Part shown: piece by piece, positions 30,176 through 39,961 of the stretch | How positions within the stretch are numbered: the first letter of the stretch is position 1 | Layout of the letters: each line of letters starts with the position of its first letter | Source of the DNA: Prochlorococcus sp. AG-409-L14 | GTDB taxonomy: Bacteria > Cyanobacteriota > Cyanobacteriia > PCC-6307 > Cyanobiaceae | Direction of reading: 5' to 3' | NCBI GenBank assembly: GCA_003215545.1 | Contig: QCKF01000002.1 | Coordinates: 14,276-78,275, forward strand | DNA length: 64,000 nt | Translations under genes and position numbers: made by a program | Notes under the pieces: generated by a model | The model's input: only the letters and a program-made list of their open reading frames with translations | What the model was told of the DNA's origin: nothing | Databases searched by the model: none

Positions 30176-30315
30176 CTTGGGCACTTATACCTAGATATGA
30201 ATTAGTATATTTTTTTCATGATAAAGCAAAATTTGTACTTATGCAATGTATATATAAGACTTTATTGATTAACTAAACAGGTAAAAATGGAATAATTAAT
30301 AATTGAATAAAAACC

Positions 30316-30462
30316 ATGACATCAACACAGATAGAATTAATTGGACAGTCTCTTGCTTACCATCCTCCTGTTGTAATAGGAACTTTGCTATTTTTTCAGA
30401 CTTTTAAAAGAAGGCTTTACTACCAAAATAAGAAAAAAAGAGAGCTAATAAATTCTAATTAG
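30316..30462 (+). CDS. Putative 48-aa protein (hydrophobic segment + basic tail)
   Basis: Hand-translated MTSTQIELIGQSLAYHPPVVIGTLLFFQTFKRRLYYQNKKKRELINSN*. Confidence 0.45.
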   Translation: MTSTQIELIGQSLAYHPPVVIGTLLFFQTFKRRLYYQNKKKRELINSN

Positions 30463-30521
30463 AAAAGAAATCCTATCCATCCTATATAAATAGGAGTATT
30501 TAGAAGCATATCCTTCCGTGT

Positions 30522-30689
30522 CTATTGAATTAATTCGGAGGGTAGTCCAGGAACAAATTTTTTGAAAAAAGTAATAACAAACCACAGGGCTAGAATGTTT
30601 CCAATCATTGCCAAAGCGAATCGAATTCTTAAATCCTTTATGAATGGGAGGATTGATTCCCATAATTGAAGTAGTGGACCACCTGACAT
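30522..30689 (-). CDS. Putative 55-aa membrane protein
   Basis: Hand-translated MSGGPLLQLWESILPFIKDLRIRFALAMIGNILALWFVITFFKKFVPGLPSELIQ*; more protein-like than track ORF 30445..30663. Confidence 0.5.
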   Translation of the reverse strand: MSGGPLLQLWESILPFIKDLRIRFALAMIGNILALWFVITFFKKFVPGLPSELIQ

Positions 30690-30967
30690 TGCTTTAGTTT
30701 TCTTGTTGAGAAGAAGAGTTAGGCTACATATCTATAAGTAAGGTCCTTAATGACCTGCGTTATAGACAGATTTTTAAAACTGCTAGGACAAGATGAAAAA
30801 CTCATGCCAGCGTTAGAACCTTAGCCTTTTATAGATACGGAATAACAACAACCTTAAGTCCAATAGGTATTTTGCGCAAATTTACACAATGTAAAAGTCT
30901 TGAAGCTAGTCAAATTCCTAGTGCGATTAAGAGTAAGGTCGTAGCGTCTTGCCGCTTTGCACTTCTA

Positions 30968-32020
30968 ATGCAGACCTATGGAAACCCAGGCGTCACCTAT
31001 GGATGGTGGGCTGGAAATTCTGGGGTCACCAATCGCTCAGGCAAATTTATTGCAGCACACGCCGCTCATACCGGTTTGATTGCTTTCTGGGCTGGTGCCT
31101 TCACCCTTTTTGAACTTGCTCGCTTTGACCCCTCGGTGCCTATGGGTCATCAGCCTCTTATTGCTCTGCCTCACTTGGCAGCGTTAGGCATTGGTTTCGA
31201 CGAAGCTGGTGCCTGGGTAGGTGGTTCTGCTGTAACTTCAATCGCAATTGTCCACCTTGTTCTCTCAATGGTTTATGGAGCAGGTGGACTACTTCATTCC
31301 CTACTTTTTGTAGGTGATATGCAGGATTCAGAATTAATTCAAGCTAGGAAATTCAAGCTTGAATGGGACAACCCTGACAATCAGACTTTTATCCTTGGAC
31401 ACCATCTGATCTTCCTTGGTGTAGCAAACATACAGTTTGTTGAATGGGCCAGAACACATGGCATTTACGATGCTGCTCTAGGTGCTGTAAGACAAGTTCA
31501 ATACAATTTGGATTTGACTCAAATCTGGAATCATCAATTTGACTTCCTATCAATTAGTAGTTTGGAAGATGTAATGGGTGGACATGCCTTCCTTGCATTC
31601 TTCATGATTGGTGGTGGAGCCTTTCATATAGCTACTAAGCAAATTGGTGAATATACCCAATTCAAAGGTTCAGGTTTGCTTTCAGCCGAAGCCATCCTTT
31701 CTTGGTCTCTGGCAGGTATTGGTTGGATGGCAATAGTTGCAGCTTTCTGGTGCGCAACTAACACCACTGTTTATCCAGAAGCTTTCTTTGGTGAGACATT
31801 AGCTCTCAAGTTCAGTATTGCTCCTTACTGGATCGACACTGTTGACCTACCTGATGGACTTCATACTTCCAGAGCATGGTTAAGTAACGTTCATTATTAT
31901 TTGGGATTCTTCTTTATACAAGGACATCTATGGCATGCCTTGCGCGCTATGGGCTTTGATTTCAAGCGTGTAGCTAATGCTATTGGCAACCTTGATAATG
32001 CAAGCGTTTCATTAAAATAA
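30968..32020 (+). CDS. pcb: Chlorophyll a/b-binding light-harvesting protein Pcb (CP43/IsiA family)
   Basis: Canonical start MQTYGNP..YGWWAGN at ATG 30968; AAHAAHTG, HHLIFLG, GHLWHALRA. Confidence 0.97.
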   Translation: MQTYGNPGVTYGWWAGNSGVTNRSGKFIAAHAAHTGLIAFWAGAFTLFELARFDPSVPMGHQPLIALPHLAALGIGFDEAGAWVGGSAVTSIAIVHLVLSMVYGAGGLLHSLLFVGDMQDSELIQARKFKLEWDNPDNQTFILGHHLIFLGVANIQFVEWARTHGIYDAALGAVRQVQYNLDLTQIWNHQFDFLSISSLEDVMGGHAFLAFFMIGGGAFHIATKQIGEYTQFKGSGLLSAEAILSWSLAGIGWMAIVAAFWCATNTTVYPEAFFGETLALKFSIAPYWIDTVDLPDGLHTSRAWLSNVHYYLGFFFIQGHLWHALRAMGFDFKRVANAIGNLDNASVSLK

Positions 32021-32044
32021 AGATTGAATCTTTATTAGTTCATC

Positions 32045-32077
32045 AAAAAGACCTCGTCACTCAGACGGGGTCTTTTT
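32045..32077 (+). terminator. Intrinsic terminator after pcb
   Basis: AAAAAGACCTCGTC-actca-GACGGGGTCTTTTT. Confidence 0.88.
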
Positions 32078-32324
32078 ATATGAGGCGTTCTTCTGCCTTC
32101 ATCTAATAGATTCATTTAAATAGTCTTTTTATATTGATGCAACAAGCTTTACTTTATGGCGACGAGTCAGCATCAAATGTATTGGTAAAAGAAACTTATA
32201 CCGATTTTTGAAATAGCCACGATTAAATTGCTTCATATAGTGTCATCGCTTTTTAATACCGCTATATATGGTAGTTGCATTCTTCCTGTAAATATCGCTT
32301 TATTGGTTGGAGTAGAAAAAACAA

Positions 32325-32468
32325 ATGTCGATTAAAAACTTTCAGCTTCAGGCTAATTACTTCGATTCTAAGGACGAAGCGAAAAGACTTGTCTTCTCTA
32401 ATCCGAAAACTTTATTCGGATTATTTGAATTGCTACTGCATGCGGTACTTCTTATCTGTCTAATATAG
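32325..32468 (+). CDS. Putative 47-aa protein with C-terminal TM
   Basis: Hand-translated MSIKNFQLQANYFDSKDEAKRLVFSNPKTLFGLFELLLHAVLLICLI*. Confidence 0.35.
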   Translation: MSIKNFQLQANYFDSKDEAKRLVFSNPKTLFGLFELLLHAVLLICLI

Positions 32469-32670
32469 AAATTTGTTTTTCTCTTTAATTAAATTGCTAT
32501 GAATATTTTTACCTTCTCCTCCTGGTAATTAGTATTAATTAATTCGGGTCTGATAATAGTGTTTTGAAACTCCTTTAGATTTTCTTCTTTTGTTACTATT
32601 TATATGCACTAACTACTAAAGTCTAATCCCAAGCTTTTTTGTCCTAGAAGTTTCTTAGCTCTATCAAGAG

Positions 32671-34065
32671 ATGGAATTTATTCTTGTTGGGTTACCTTTC
32701 GAAATTGAGATCAATACTTTTCCTGCTTTAGCTTTAGCCGGAGGATTGTTTTGCCTTTTAGCCCTGTTATTAAGTTTTGGGAGAAGACTTGAGCCAACTC
32801 TTAAGCTTGAAAGACTTGGTGTACCAATATCTTTGATAATCGGATTGGGAGCTGTCCTTATAGGTCCATATGGCCCAAGTCCTTTGCTGCCTCACTCAGT
32901 TACAGATGTTTGGATTCAACTTACAACGCCTTTACTCACTCTAGTTTTTGCAACTTTAATGTTAGGCAGGCCGCTGCCATCCCCAAAAGGACTTTGGTCT
33001 CCGGTCGCCTATCAAGCATCTTTGGGGCTTTTTTTGGGAATTGGCCAGTATTTTGTAGGTGGTTTAGTTGTTTCATATTTTCTAATTCCTAGGTTGAATG
33101 TTGATCCTCTAATGGGATGCCTTATTGAAGTTGGATTTGAGGGAGGCCATGGAGCTGCCGCAATAATGGGAGATACCTTTTTAGATTTAGGTTTTTCAAA
33201 AGGTATTGATCTTGGATATGCTATGGCTACTGTTGGCTTATTATCCTCGACAGTTATTGGAAGCACACTTGTAGTAATTGCAAGGAGTTTTGGCTGGTTA
33301 AATCCATATGATCCAAATGATACAAGTAGTACTGGAGCTAGTGATAAATCCATTGACATTGCCTCTCTTTTTAGAGACCTTGCCGTAAATTTAGGATTGG
33401 CAGGAATTGCCGTTGGGATTGGAATTTTTCTACTAGAATTTTTAAAGTTATTAAGTCCTATATTTGGACCAATGTATTCGAGAATAGCTGAGAATTTCCC
33501 TGTTTTCCCTTTGGTTTTAATTGGATCATTATTAGTTCGATATTTATTAGAAGTTACAGAAATGACTGGTGTAGTATCACAGTTATTGCAAAGAGAGATA
33601 GGCTCACTTGCTACTGATTTATTAATAATAACTGCAACTGCAAGTTTAGATCTATCAATCCTTAAGGAAGATTGGCAGGTTTTAGCAGTCTTGTCTTTGA
33701 CGGGATTAACTTGGAATTTATTTGCAATGCTGCTTTATGCAAGACTTATATTGAGAAATGATTGGTTTGAGCGCTCAATAACAGAATTTGGTAATGCTAC
33801 TGGAGTAGCAGCAACTGGTCTTTTGTTACTTAGACTCTCTGATCCACTGAATCTCACGAAGACTCTTCCTACTTTTTCAATAAAGCAGTTATTTCTGCAA
33901 CCTTTGTTATCTGGAGGTTTAATTACAGTTCTTGCTCCATTTATAGTTACTGAAATTGGACTTAAGTCCTGGACAAGTGTTTGTGGAATTCTTTCACTAT
34001 TGTTGGTATCTATACCAGCATTAATTCAATTTTATTTCAACAAAGAATTTGAATTAATCAATTAG
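32671..34065 (+). CDS. Sodium/glutamate symporter family (GltS/ESS) transporter
   Basis: Many TMs, GFEGGHGAA, FGNATG...GLLLLR..DP re-entrant motifs. Confidence 0.85.
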   Translation: MEFILVGLPFEIEINTFPALALAGGLFCLLALLLSFGRRLEPTLKLERLGVPISLIIGLGAVLIGPYGPSPLLPHSVTDVWIQLTTPLLTLVFATLMLGRPLPSPKGLWSPVAYQASLGLFLGIGQYFVGGLVVSYFLIPRLNVDPLMGCLIEVGFEGGHGAAAIMGDTFLDLGFSKGIDLGYAMATVGLLSSTVIGSTLVVIARSFGWLNPYDPNDTSSTGASDKSIDIASLFRDLAVNLGLAGIAVGIGIFLLEFLKLLSPIFGPMYSRIAENFPVFPLVLIGSLLVRYLLEVTEMTGVVSQLLQREIGSLATDLLIITATASLDLSILKEDWQVLAVLSLTGLTWNLFAMLLYARLILRNDWFERSITEFGNATGVAATGLLLLRLSDPLNLTKTLPTFSIKQLFLQPLLSGGLITVLAPFIVTEIGLKSWTSVCGILSLLLVSIPALIQFYFNKEFELIN

Positions 34066-34121
34066 TGGTTGCTTAATTCAATTTTTATTATATTGTTTAA
34101 TGTATAGAATAAACTGACTAA

Positions 34122-34382
34122 ATGCATCCTCATTCCTTTAACGATGTGCCAAGACAAGAATCTCGTGAGAAGTGGTTTAAAAGTCATTTACTAGATAGAG
34201 AGGTCGAGCTTAGAGAGTTATATGAGATGCCCCAGCCAGATTTAGATTTGCTCATGGCAGAAACAGCAGAGCTACGAAGTGACCCGACAAATAGAGAAAG
34301 AAATCTTGGTAAATTTTGTACGGCAGGTTATTTTTTGGAATTGGCTAGATTAATAGACAATAGAAGGTTAAACGAAAAATAA
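34122..34382 (+). CDS. Conserved hypothetical protein
   Basis: WFKSHLL.REVEL..LY, CTAGYFLELARLID. Confidence 0.7.
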   Translation: MHPHSFNDVPRQESREKWFKSHLLDREVELRELYEMPQPDLDLLMAETAELRSDPTNRERNLGKFCTAGYFLELARLIDNRRLNEK

Positions 34383-34384
34383 TT

Positions 34385-35269
34385 TCATTTAATTCCCTTT
34401 TTTAATACAGACAAATCATTATTTTCATAACCTTGCTTGATTAATTCTTCCTCAATCTCTTTTATAGCTTTAGTTATAGGTAAATCAATTCCTAAATCGC
34501 TAGCTATCTCAAGAGCTATTTTTAGATCCTTATTGTGGTGCTTTAACTTAAAACCTGGATAGTAGCTGTCATTGATCATATTTGATGACCTATTCTTTAG
34601 GGCCCATGAAAAGGCTGCCCCATCCTTTAATGAATTAACTACTTTATTCATTGGCAAGCCGAGTTTTGTACCCATTGCTATACCTTCGGCTAGGGATGCA
34701 TAACATCCAGCAACTAGAATTTGGTTTACAGCTTTAACCTCCTGTCCTTTTCCTATCTCGCCATAGAAATGGATATTATTACCAATATTTCTCAGAATAG
34801 GTAGACACTCTTTGAACACATACTCATTTCCACTAGCCAAAATTGTTAGAGTGCCATTTATTGCAGCTTCAGTCCCTCCAGTTACAGGAGCATCTAAATA
34901 ACTAATACTTCTTTCTTTTAATTTACTATTTATTTCTCTAGATTTGTTTGGTGTAATAGTAGATAAGTTTATTACTATACAACCTTTACTTATATTACTA
35001 ATAGCACCTTTGTTCCCAAAGATAACATCTTCTACAGCACTATCATCATTTACGCAAATAAGTAAGGCGTTGACTTTTAGAGATGAATCTTGTGGACTTT
35101 CGGAAAACTTTGCACCCTTTAATAAAACTTTAGTTTCTTTTGAAATTGTTCTTGAAAATACTTTTAGCTTGTATGCACCTTTTATAAGATTTTTTACCAT
35201 AGGTATACCCATAGCACCTAAGCCTATAAAAGCTATCTCAGCTGGGGGATGTAAAGTCTGCTTAGCCAT
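34385..35269 (-). CDS. Beta-hydroxyacid dehydrogenase (3-hydroxyisobutyrate dehydrogenase family)
   Basis: FIGLGAMG, DAPVTGG, GQEVKAVNQ, F......KDL. Confidence 0.9.
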   Translation of the reverse strand: MAKQTLHPPAEIAFIGLGAMGIPMVKNLIKGAYKLKVFSRTISKETKVLLKGAKFSESPQDSSLKVNALLICVNDDSAVEDVIFGNKGAISNISKGCIVINLSTITPNKSREINSKLKERSISYLDAPVTGGTEAAINGTLTILASGNEYVFKECLPILRNIGNNIHFYGEIGKGQEVKAVNQILVAGCYASLAEGIAMGTKLGLPMNKVVNSLKDGAAFSWALKNRSSNMINDSYYPGFKLKHHNKDLKIALEIASDLGIDLPITKAIKEIEEELIKQGYENNDLSVLKKGIK

Positions 35270-35278
35270 TAGATTTGT

Positions 35279-36058
35279 TCAACTTGCTAGTAAATATATT
35301 GGCTCCTGATCAGGAGCCCAAGGATCGTTCTTCTTCATTATTTGTTTGTATAGAGGATGTTCTAAGAAATAGAAAAGCCAAATCTTCAAGCTTTCAAGCT
35401 CTTTGTCATCATCTAATTTACTTGGATTTACAAGCCGATATTGTCTAATAAATGGCCATATTGCCCAATCGGCAAGACTTTCTTTGCTATCGATAATGAA
35501 TCCAGGATTTTTATTAGAAGTATTAAATTCGATCATACTATTGAGATCTAGTAATATTTCTCTCGCTTTTAGGTTGGCGAATTCTTTGTCAATATTCTTG
35601 TATCTAGAATTATATTTATAAGCATCAAGATAATATTTAAATTCTTTGTCATTTCTATGAATTATTTCGTATATGTTTTTATTCTTGGCCTTGTCCTCTA
35701 TTCTACTAATGTCCATTCTATTAGATATGTTTAAGCTCCAATGAATAATATCTAAACTCTCATCAACTATATTCATATCAGGTGTTATCAATACAGGCAC
35801 TGTAGCCTTTTTTGAGGTCTCTATTAACTCTTTTGGCTTATCTTTTAGGCTGACTTCTCTGCATATAACATTATGATTTACTGAACTAAGTGCCCATCTT
35901 GCCCTTATTGCATAAGGGCATCTTCTAAAGGTATATAAGATCGATTCTTTCAAATTGTTCAGGATTATAGTCATTATATTATTATGTAGGTTTGATTTTA
36001 GCAATTGAATAAGATTAATGTTTAAGTATCTTATCCTTAGTTTATGACAGCTTTCCAA
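35279..36058 (-). CDS. Glutathione S-transferase family protein
   Basis: LYTFRRCPYAIRAR, KATVPVL, DESLDI, SLAD.AI.PFIRQ; start probably at the second Met. Confidence 0.88.
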   Translation of the reverse strand: MESCHKLRIRYLNINLIQLLKSNLHNNIMTIILNNLKESILYTFRRCPYAIRARWALSSVNHNVICREVSLKDKPKELIETSKKATVPVLITPDMNIVDESLDIIHWSLNISNRMDISRIEDKAKNKNIYEIIHRNDKEFKYYLDAYKYNSRYKNIDKEFANLKAREILLDLNSMIEFNTSNKNPGFIIDSKESLADWAIWPFIRQYRLVNPSKLDDDKELESLKIWLFYFLEHPLYKQIMKKNDPWAPDQEPIYLLAS

Positions 36059-36081
36059 AAAGGTTCGATTGTTTAATTTCT

Positions 36082-36579
36082 CTAATTTATCAATGGTAGG
36101 ATTCTATTGAATAATATTTGGATCACATTGTAGCTCCATAATACAACAAGAATGATTAGTAATGTTTTTATATCCTTTTTATTTACACTATATATTAGCT
36201 TTTTAAGTTGTATTACTCTCAAAAAACTATAAGAAAGGCCTATAAGAACTGTAAATCCTTTGCCGATTATTAGGAAGCAGGCAATCTCAACTATTATTTG
36301 AGACATAAGGAATTTAAAATAATTATCAAGAAAATGCTTTTCGTTAGTTTTTAGAAAAATTAATTTATATAAATATGGAGTTAAAATAGTAAGGATAAAA
36401 TAAAATAAAAAATATGATTTTGGTAGAGGTTTTTCGATTATAATTTTTGCTAAGCTTAATTCAATTACCCCTGAGACTTGAGTAAGTGATATCAAGTAGA
36501 GAATAGCAATACTTGCAAATGTAAAACCAAATATTGATTTTTTACTAGTAAAAGCTTGCCTTAGGTAATTATCTTTCAC
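36082..36579 (-). CDS. Hypothetical membrane protein
   Basis: Several hydrophobic segments. Confidence 0.6.
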   Translation of the reverse strand: MKDNYLRQAFTSKKSIFGFTFASIAILYLISLTQVSGVIELSLAKIIIEKPLPKSYFLFYFILTILTPYLYKLIFLKTNEKHFLDNYFKFLMSQIIVEIACFLIIGKGFTVLIGLSYSFLRVIQLKKLIYSVNKKDIKTLLIILVVLWSYNVIQILFNRILPLIN

Positions 36580-36822
36580 GGATTAGTAAATTTATGTTCC
36601 TTGTAATGAAGGGATTTCAATAAAAAATTACTTATGTGTCTTGTTATTAAAGTATTATGTAATGGAATGCTTAAAGCTGAGTTTATTCTGCTGAAGTTTA
36701 ATTTTGTTGATTTCTTTGATTGATACTCTTGCAAATTCATTCAGGAGGTTGCATAACTGGGGAACGTAGAATAATTCTACTGTTTCTGCTGTTCTACTTG
36801 CGATCTTTCAAGGTTTTTTTAA

Positions 36823-37068
36823 ATGGAACTATTGCATTATTTACATTTTCTCGAGCCTTTTCAAAACCAGATTGCTGAATTCTACTCAGTTACCACTGCT
36901 GTAGTAACCGTATTGTTTGCTCTATGGTGTATTAATTTCATATTGAGCCTGATCCATAAAACTTATTCTATAGGTAGGACCATAGGAAAGTTTTACTGGA
37001 GATATATTCACAAGGCTCTTACAAGCTCATCAAAAAATCTTAGAAAAGTTTCGTTTAGGGTGTTTTGA
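36823..37068 (+). CDS. Hypothetical membrane protein
   Basis: One TM followed by G..IGKFY motif. Confidence 0.55.
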   Translation: MELLHYLHFLEPFQNQIAEFYSVTTAVVTVLFALWCINFILSLIHKTYSIGRTIGKFYWRYIHKALTSSSKNLRKVSFRVF

Positions 37069-37223
37069 TGATGGATATACTTGCTTGGCCACGCATTTGG
37101 TGGACTTTTGTTGCCTGCTCAGGCTATTAATCCCTTTGTTTGTAAAAAATGTATGTTGAGGCAAGGTTAGAGGGTTTGAAACCTAGATACCTCGACCTCA
37201 ACAATAAGAGCAGATTCCTCTGC

Positions 37224-37361
37224 TTAGCTACCAAAAATGCTTGCAGCTACAGTACCAACTGCTATGACTAGGCCACCCCATTTAATGATTGGCTTTGAAT
37301 TGTCATAGGAAGAAGCTACCAAGATGGCAGCTAGCTGAATCACAAGAAGCTCTTGGGTCAT
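37224..37361 (-). CDS. Putative 45-aa membrane microprotein
   Basis: Hand-translated MTQELLVIQLAAILVASSYDNSKPIIKWGGLVIAVGTVAASIFGS*. Confidence 0.6.
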   Translation of the reverse strand: MTQELLVIQLAAILVASSYDNSKPIIKWGGLVIAVGTVAASIFGS

Positions 37362-37388
37362 GGGGACCAATTTATTAGGCTTTGGTTT

Positions 37389-37404
37389 TGTAGCAAGGAT
37401 TACA
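37389..37404. promoter_or_regulatory. Putative NtcA binding site
   Basis: TGTAgcaaggatTACA = TGTA-N8-TACA, intergenic. Confidence 0.55.
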
Positions 37405-37569
37405 ATCCACGTCCATAATTATTAAGTTAAACCATTCCTAAGGGTTCACGCTTGTACTAAATGGAACATATGCAGGTGATTTGCGTTGGTTTATCAGGAG
37501 AGAGATTGCTTTATATGCATAATAAAAATAGTACTTAATCTACATTAACGATATATTGTTTGAAAAAAC

Positions 37570-38277
37570 TTATATTTCTAGATTGCAATTTAAGTTGATT
37601 TCAAACGGTATTGAACTATTTGGTAATGTTAGAAGATTTGAAACTATTGAGGCAATATCTTCGGGCTGTGTCATCTCTTCTTTCTTCATACTAGTTATAT
37701 TCGCAGCCATATCAGTATTTACCCAGCTTGGAGAAATTGTAGTAACTCTGACACCTTTATCCCAGCCTTTATTTCTAATTGTCTGGCAAAGTCCCATTAA
37801 TGCAAACTTAGTAACGCTATATGCTGCAAGGTCCCCTTTTGATCGCTTACCGCTCATAGAAACTAGTGTTATAACCCTGCTATTCTTGCTTTTAATTAGA
37901 TAAGTCCAAGCAGCCTTTGTTAATAGCCAAGGGCCCATTAAATTTACATCCCACAATTCATCAATCTTATATCTTTCATCATCTTTAAATAAAAGTCCAG
38001 TGTTACAAAAAGTGCCTGCGCAGTTGATTAAAGTATCTATAGATTTTTGCTCGGAGATGGTATTATTAACCAATTCGATAGCGCTCTCTTCTTTTCTGGC
38101 CTCATATTGATTTACTATTAAATGTTTATTATCGTTTAGACTTGGATCTAGGGATGAGCCTAATAATACATTTGGCTTTCTTACCCCGAGACTAACCTTA
38201 TGACCATCTAATAGCATTCTTTCGGCAATTTTTCGGCCAATTCCTCTGCTTCCACCACTAATCAGAATAGATCTCAT
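37570..38277 (-). CDS. Short-chain dehydrogenase/reductase
   Basis: SGGSRGIG, NCAG, YSVTK. Confidence 0.9.
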   Translation of the reverse strand: MRSILISGGSRGIGRKIAERMLLDGHKVSLGVRKPNVLLGSSLDPSLNDNKHLIVNQYEARKEESAIELVNNTISEQKSIDTLINCAGTFCNTGLLFKDDERYKIDELWDVNLMGPWLLTKAAWTYLIKSKNSRVITLVSMSGKRSKGDLAAYSVTKFALMGLCQTIRNKGWDKGVRVTTISPSWVNTDMAANITSMKKEEMTQPEDIASIVSNLLTLPNSSIPFEINLNCNLEI

Positions 38278-38351
38278 TATGTTAGCTCTATGTAAGAGTC
38301 AATTGAATCCTAATATAAGTCCAAAAAGCTAAACTTCTTCTAATATCTATA

Positions 38352-39641
38352 TCAAGTGTCTTTTACAGGTTTTAGGAATTTCCAAAGAAGTTGTATCTCT
38401 CTTCCTTGCATTCCCATTAGCCCCCACCTTACGCTCCACGGAGCATTGGCAAACATTTTCATCATAGCTTTTACAAGTTCAGGAACAGTTAAAGTGTTAG
38501 TCAGGAATCCATACCATTGATTTGATGGGAGTCCAAAGAAACTAATAAAAAAGTCTCGTAATTGATTCTCTTTAAATCGCATTAACTTTTCTAAGCCAAA
38601 CTGATATAAAGCTTGCTTCCTTCTTAAATCAGCTGGCCATAACGCTTTCCAACCAGCTGCTGCAATCTCTGCGGAAGTTGTCCCTTCTTTGTTTATTGCT
38701 ATAGCCACTGCTTTGGCTACGATTGGTGCTCTTCTTAAAAGCCCACCTACCATATATCCGGAGGCAGGGTGGACCATGGAAGCAGATCCTCCAAAACCTA
38801 GAATTGGTTGCGTAAGGTCTGGAAGGGGTTTGTTCATAGGTAGAAACAGACCCAATTCTTCATGTTCCAAGGATGTAATTTCCAATCCGCGATGCTTAAG
38901 TCTTCTTCCCAATCTTGCTTTTAACATCTCCATTGACATAGGAGGTGCTAGTCCAAGGGAAGTTTCTTCTAAAAAAAACCGATTATTCCCCATATCCATA
39001 GCGTAGAGAAAGCTGGGGGGTTGAGATCTCTCTGTATGATCTAAATGGTCACACCTATAGTCCATCAGAACGAATTGTCCTTTTTCAACAGGTGGTCTAT
39101 TGAACTTCCCAACCACTCCATAACAAGTTTGTATTGCGATGGAAGATTCACTTATTGATTTTAAGAATACAGGCTCATAACCTGTAGCATCAACAACCAA
39201 CCTGCTACTTATCAACTCACCACCCTTCGTTTTAACGATACTTATCTTATGGTTTACATTTAGTTGATCAGCTTTGCCTATATTCCACTTAACTTTTGAA
39301 TCGTCGCACTGATTTATCCAATGGCTTTGTAATCTTCTTTTGTCAAATAGTCCATAATCGTATTGATGACTTGTTGCTTTGTTCTCTGCATGCTCAGGTT
39401 CTAAAGCACCAGCTCCAAAGAAACTAACTGTATCAACCCATCGGTGTTCAAGTAGGTGCGCTAGTCCTAGATCATCTACTTCTTTCCCCCATATTCCATA
39501 TGTATATGGCCAAGGCTCTCTAGGGTCATTAGCAGAAAGAACGCTAACTCTTAGGTTCTCTTGGCACATTGCTGCAGCAATTGCTAAGGCCCCTGGGCCA
39601 GCCCCAAGTACCAAGACATCGCAAGATGTCTTAGATGTCAT
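38352..39641 (-). CDS. crtL: CrtL-type lycopene cyclase (beta versus epsilon not resolvable by eye)
   Basis: DVLVLGAGPG, YGIW, DATG, LMDY, FLYAM, FLEETSL, VHPASGY. Confidence 0.92.
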   Translation of the reverse strand: MTSKTSCDVLVLGAGPGALAIAAAMCQENLRVSVLSANDPREPWPYTYGIWGKEVDDLGLAHLLEHRWVDTVSFFGAGALEPEHAENKATSHQYDYGLFDKRRLQSHWINQCDDSKVKWNIGKADQLNVNHKISIVKTKGGELISSRLVVDATGYEPVFLKSISESSIAIQTCYGVVGKFNRPPVEKGQFVLMDYRCDHLDHTERSQPPSFLYAMDMGNNRFFLEETSLGLAPPMSMEMLKARLGRRLKHRGLEITSLEHEELGLFLPMNKPLPDLTQPILGFGGSASMVHPASGYMVGGLLRRAPIVAKAVAIAINKEGTTSAEIAAAGWKALWPADLRRKQALYQFGLEKLMRFKENQLRDFFISFFGLPSNQWYGFLTNTLTVPELVKAMMKMFANAPWSVRWGLMGMQGREIQLLWKFLKPVKDT

Positions 39642-39961
39642 TTGATCTGATGAATAATGGCCTTATTGTTCCCATCGTATCTACAAAAGAGCTAGTAGTA
39701 ATCTGAGAGGGATGGAAGCGTGGGGTGTTGATGTGCAATTTTGTACCCTCCTCATATAACTAATCGAGATTACCTCGGTTCTATCCCGTTATTTTAATTA
39801 TTACGAATTCAGCTATTATTTAAAACAATTTCTCCAATTGTTAAGATCTTTAGTTGTTGATTTCTAAATTTATAAAATATTTAGACTAATAACCCCTTTT
39901 TATGTCTCTTTTAAGTTATTTGTTATCATATGAAATGACTTAGACTTAAAGCTCTTTACTA

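Noticed and set aside
30445..30663. Track ORF of 72 aa on the minus strand
   Set aside because: Alternative frame 30522..30689 gives a more plausible membrane protein
30872..30967. TTG-initiated 32-aa N-terminal extension of Pcb in the ORF track
   Set aside because: Pcb proteins begin MQTYG; this region is promoter/5'UTR
32275..32463. Track ORF of 62 aa on the plus strand
   Set aside because: TTG start and non-protein-like composition; frame 32325..32468 preferred
39681..39755. GC-rich patch with weak hairpin and 24-codon uORF upstream of crtL
   Set aside because: Only about 8 bp with a bulge, no terminator or known motif; insufficient support
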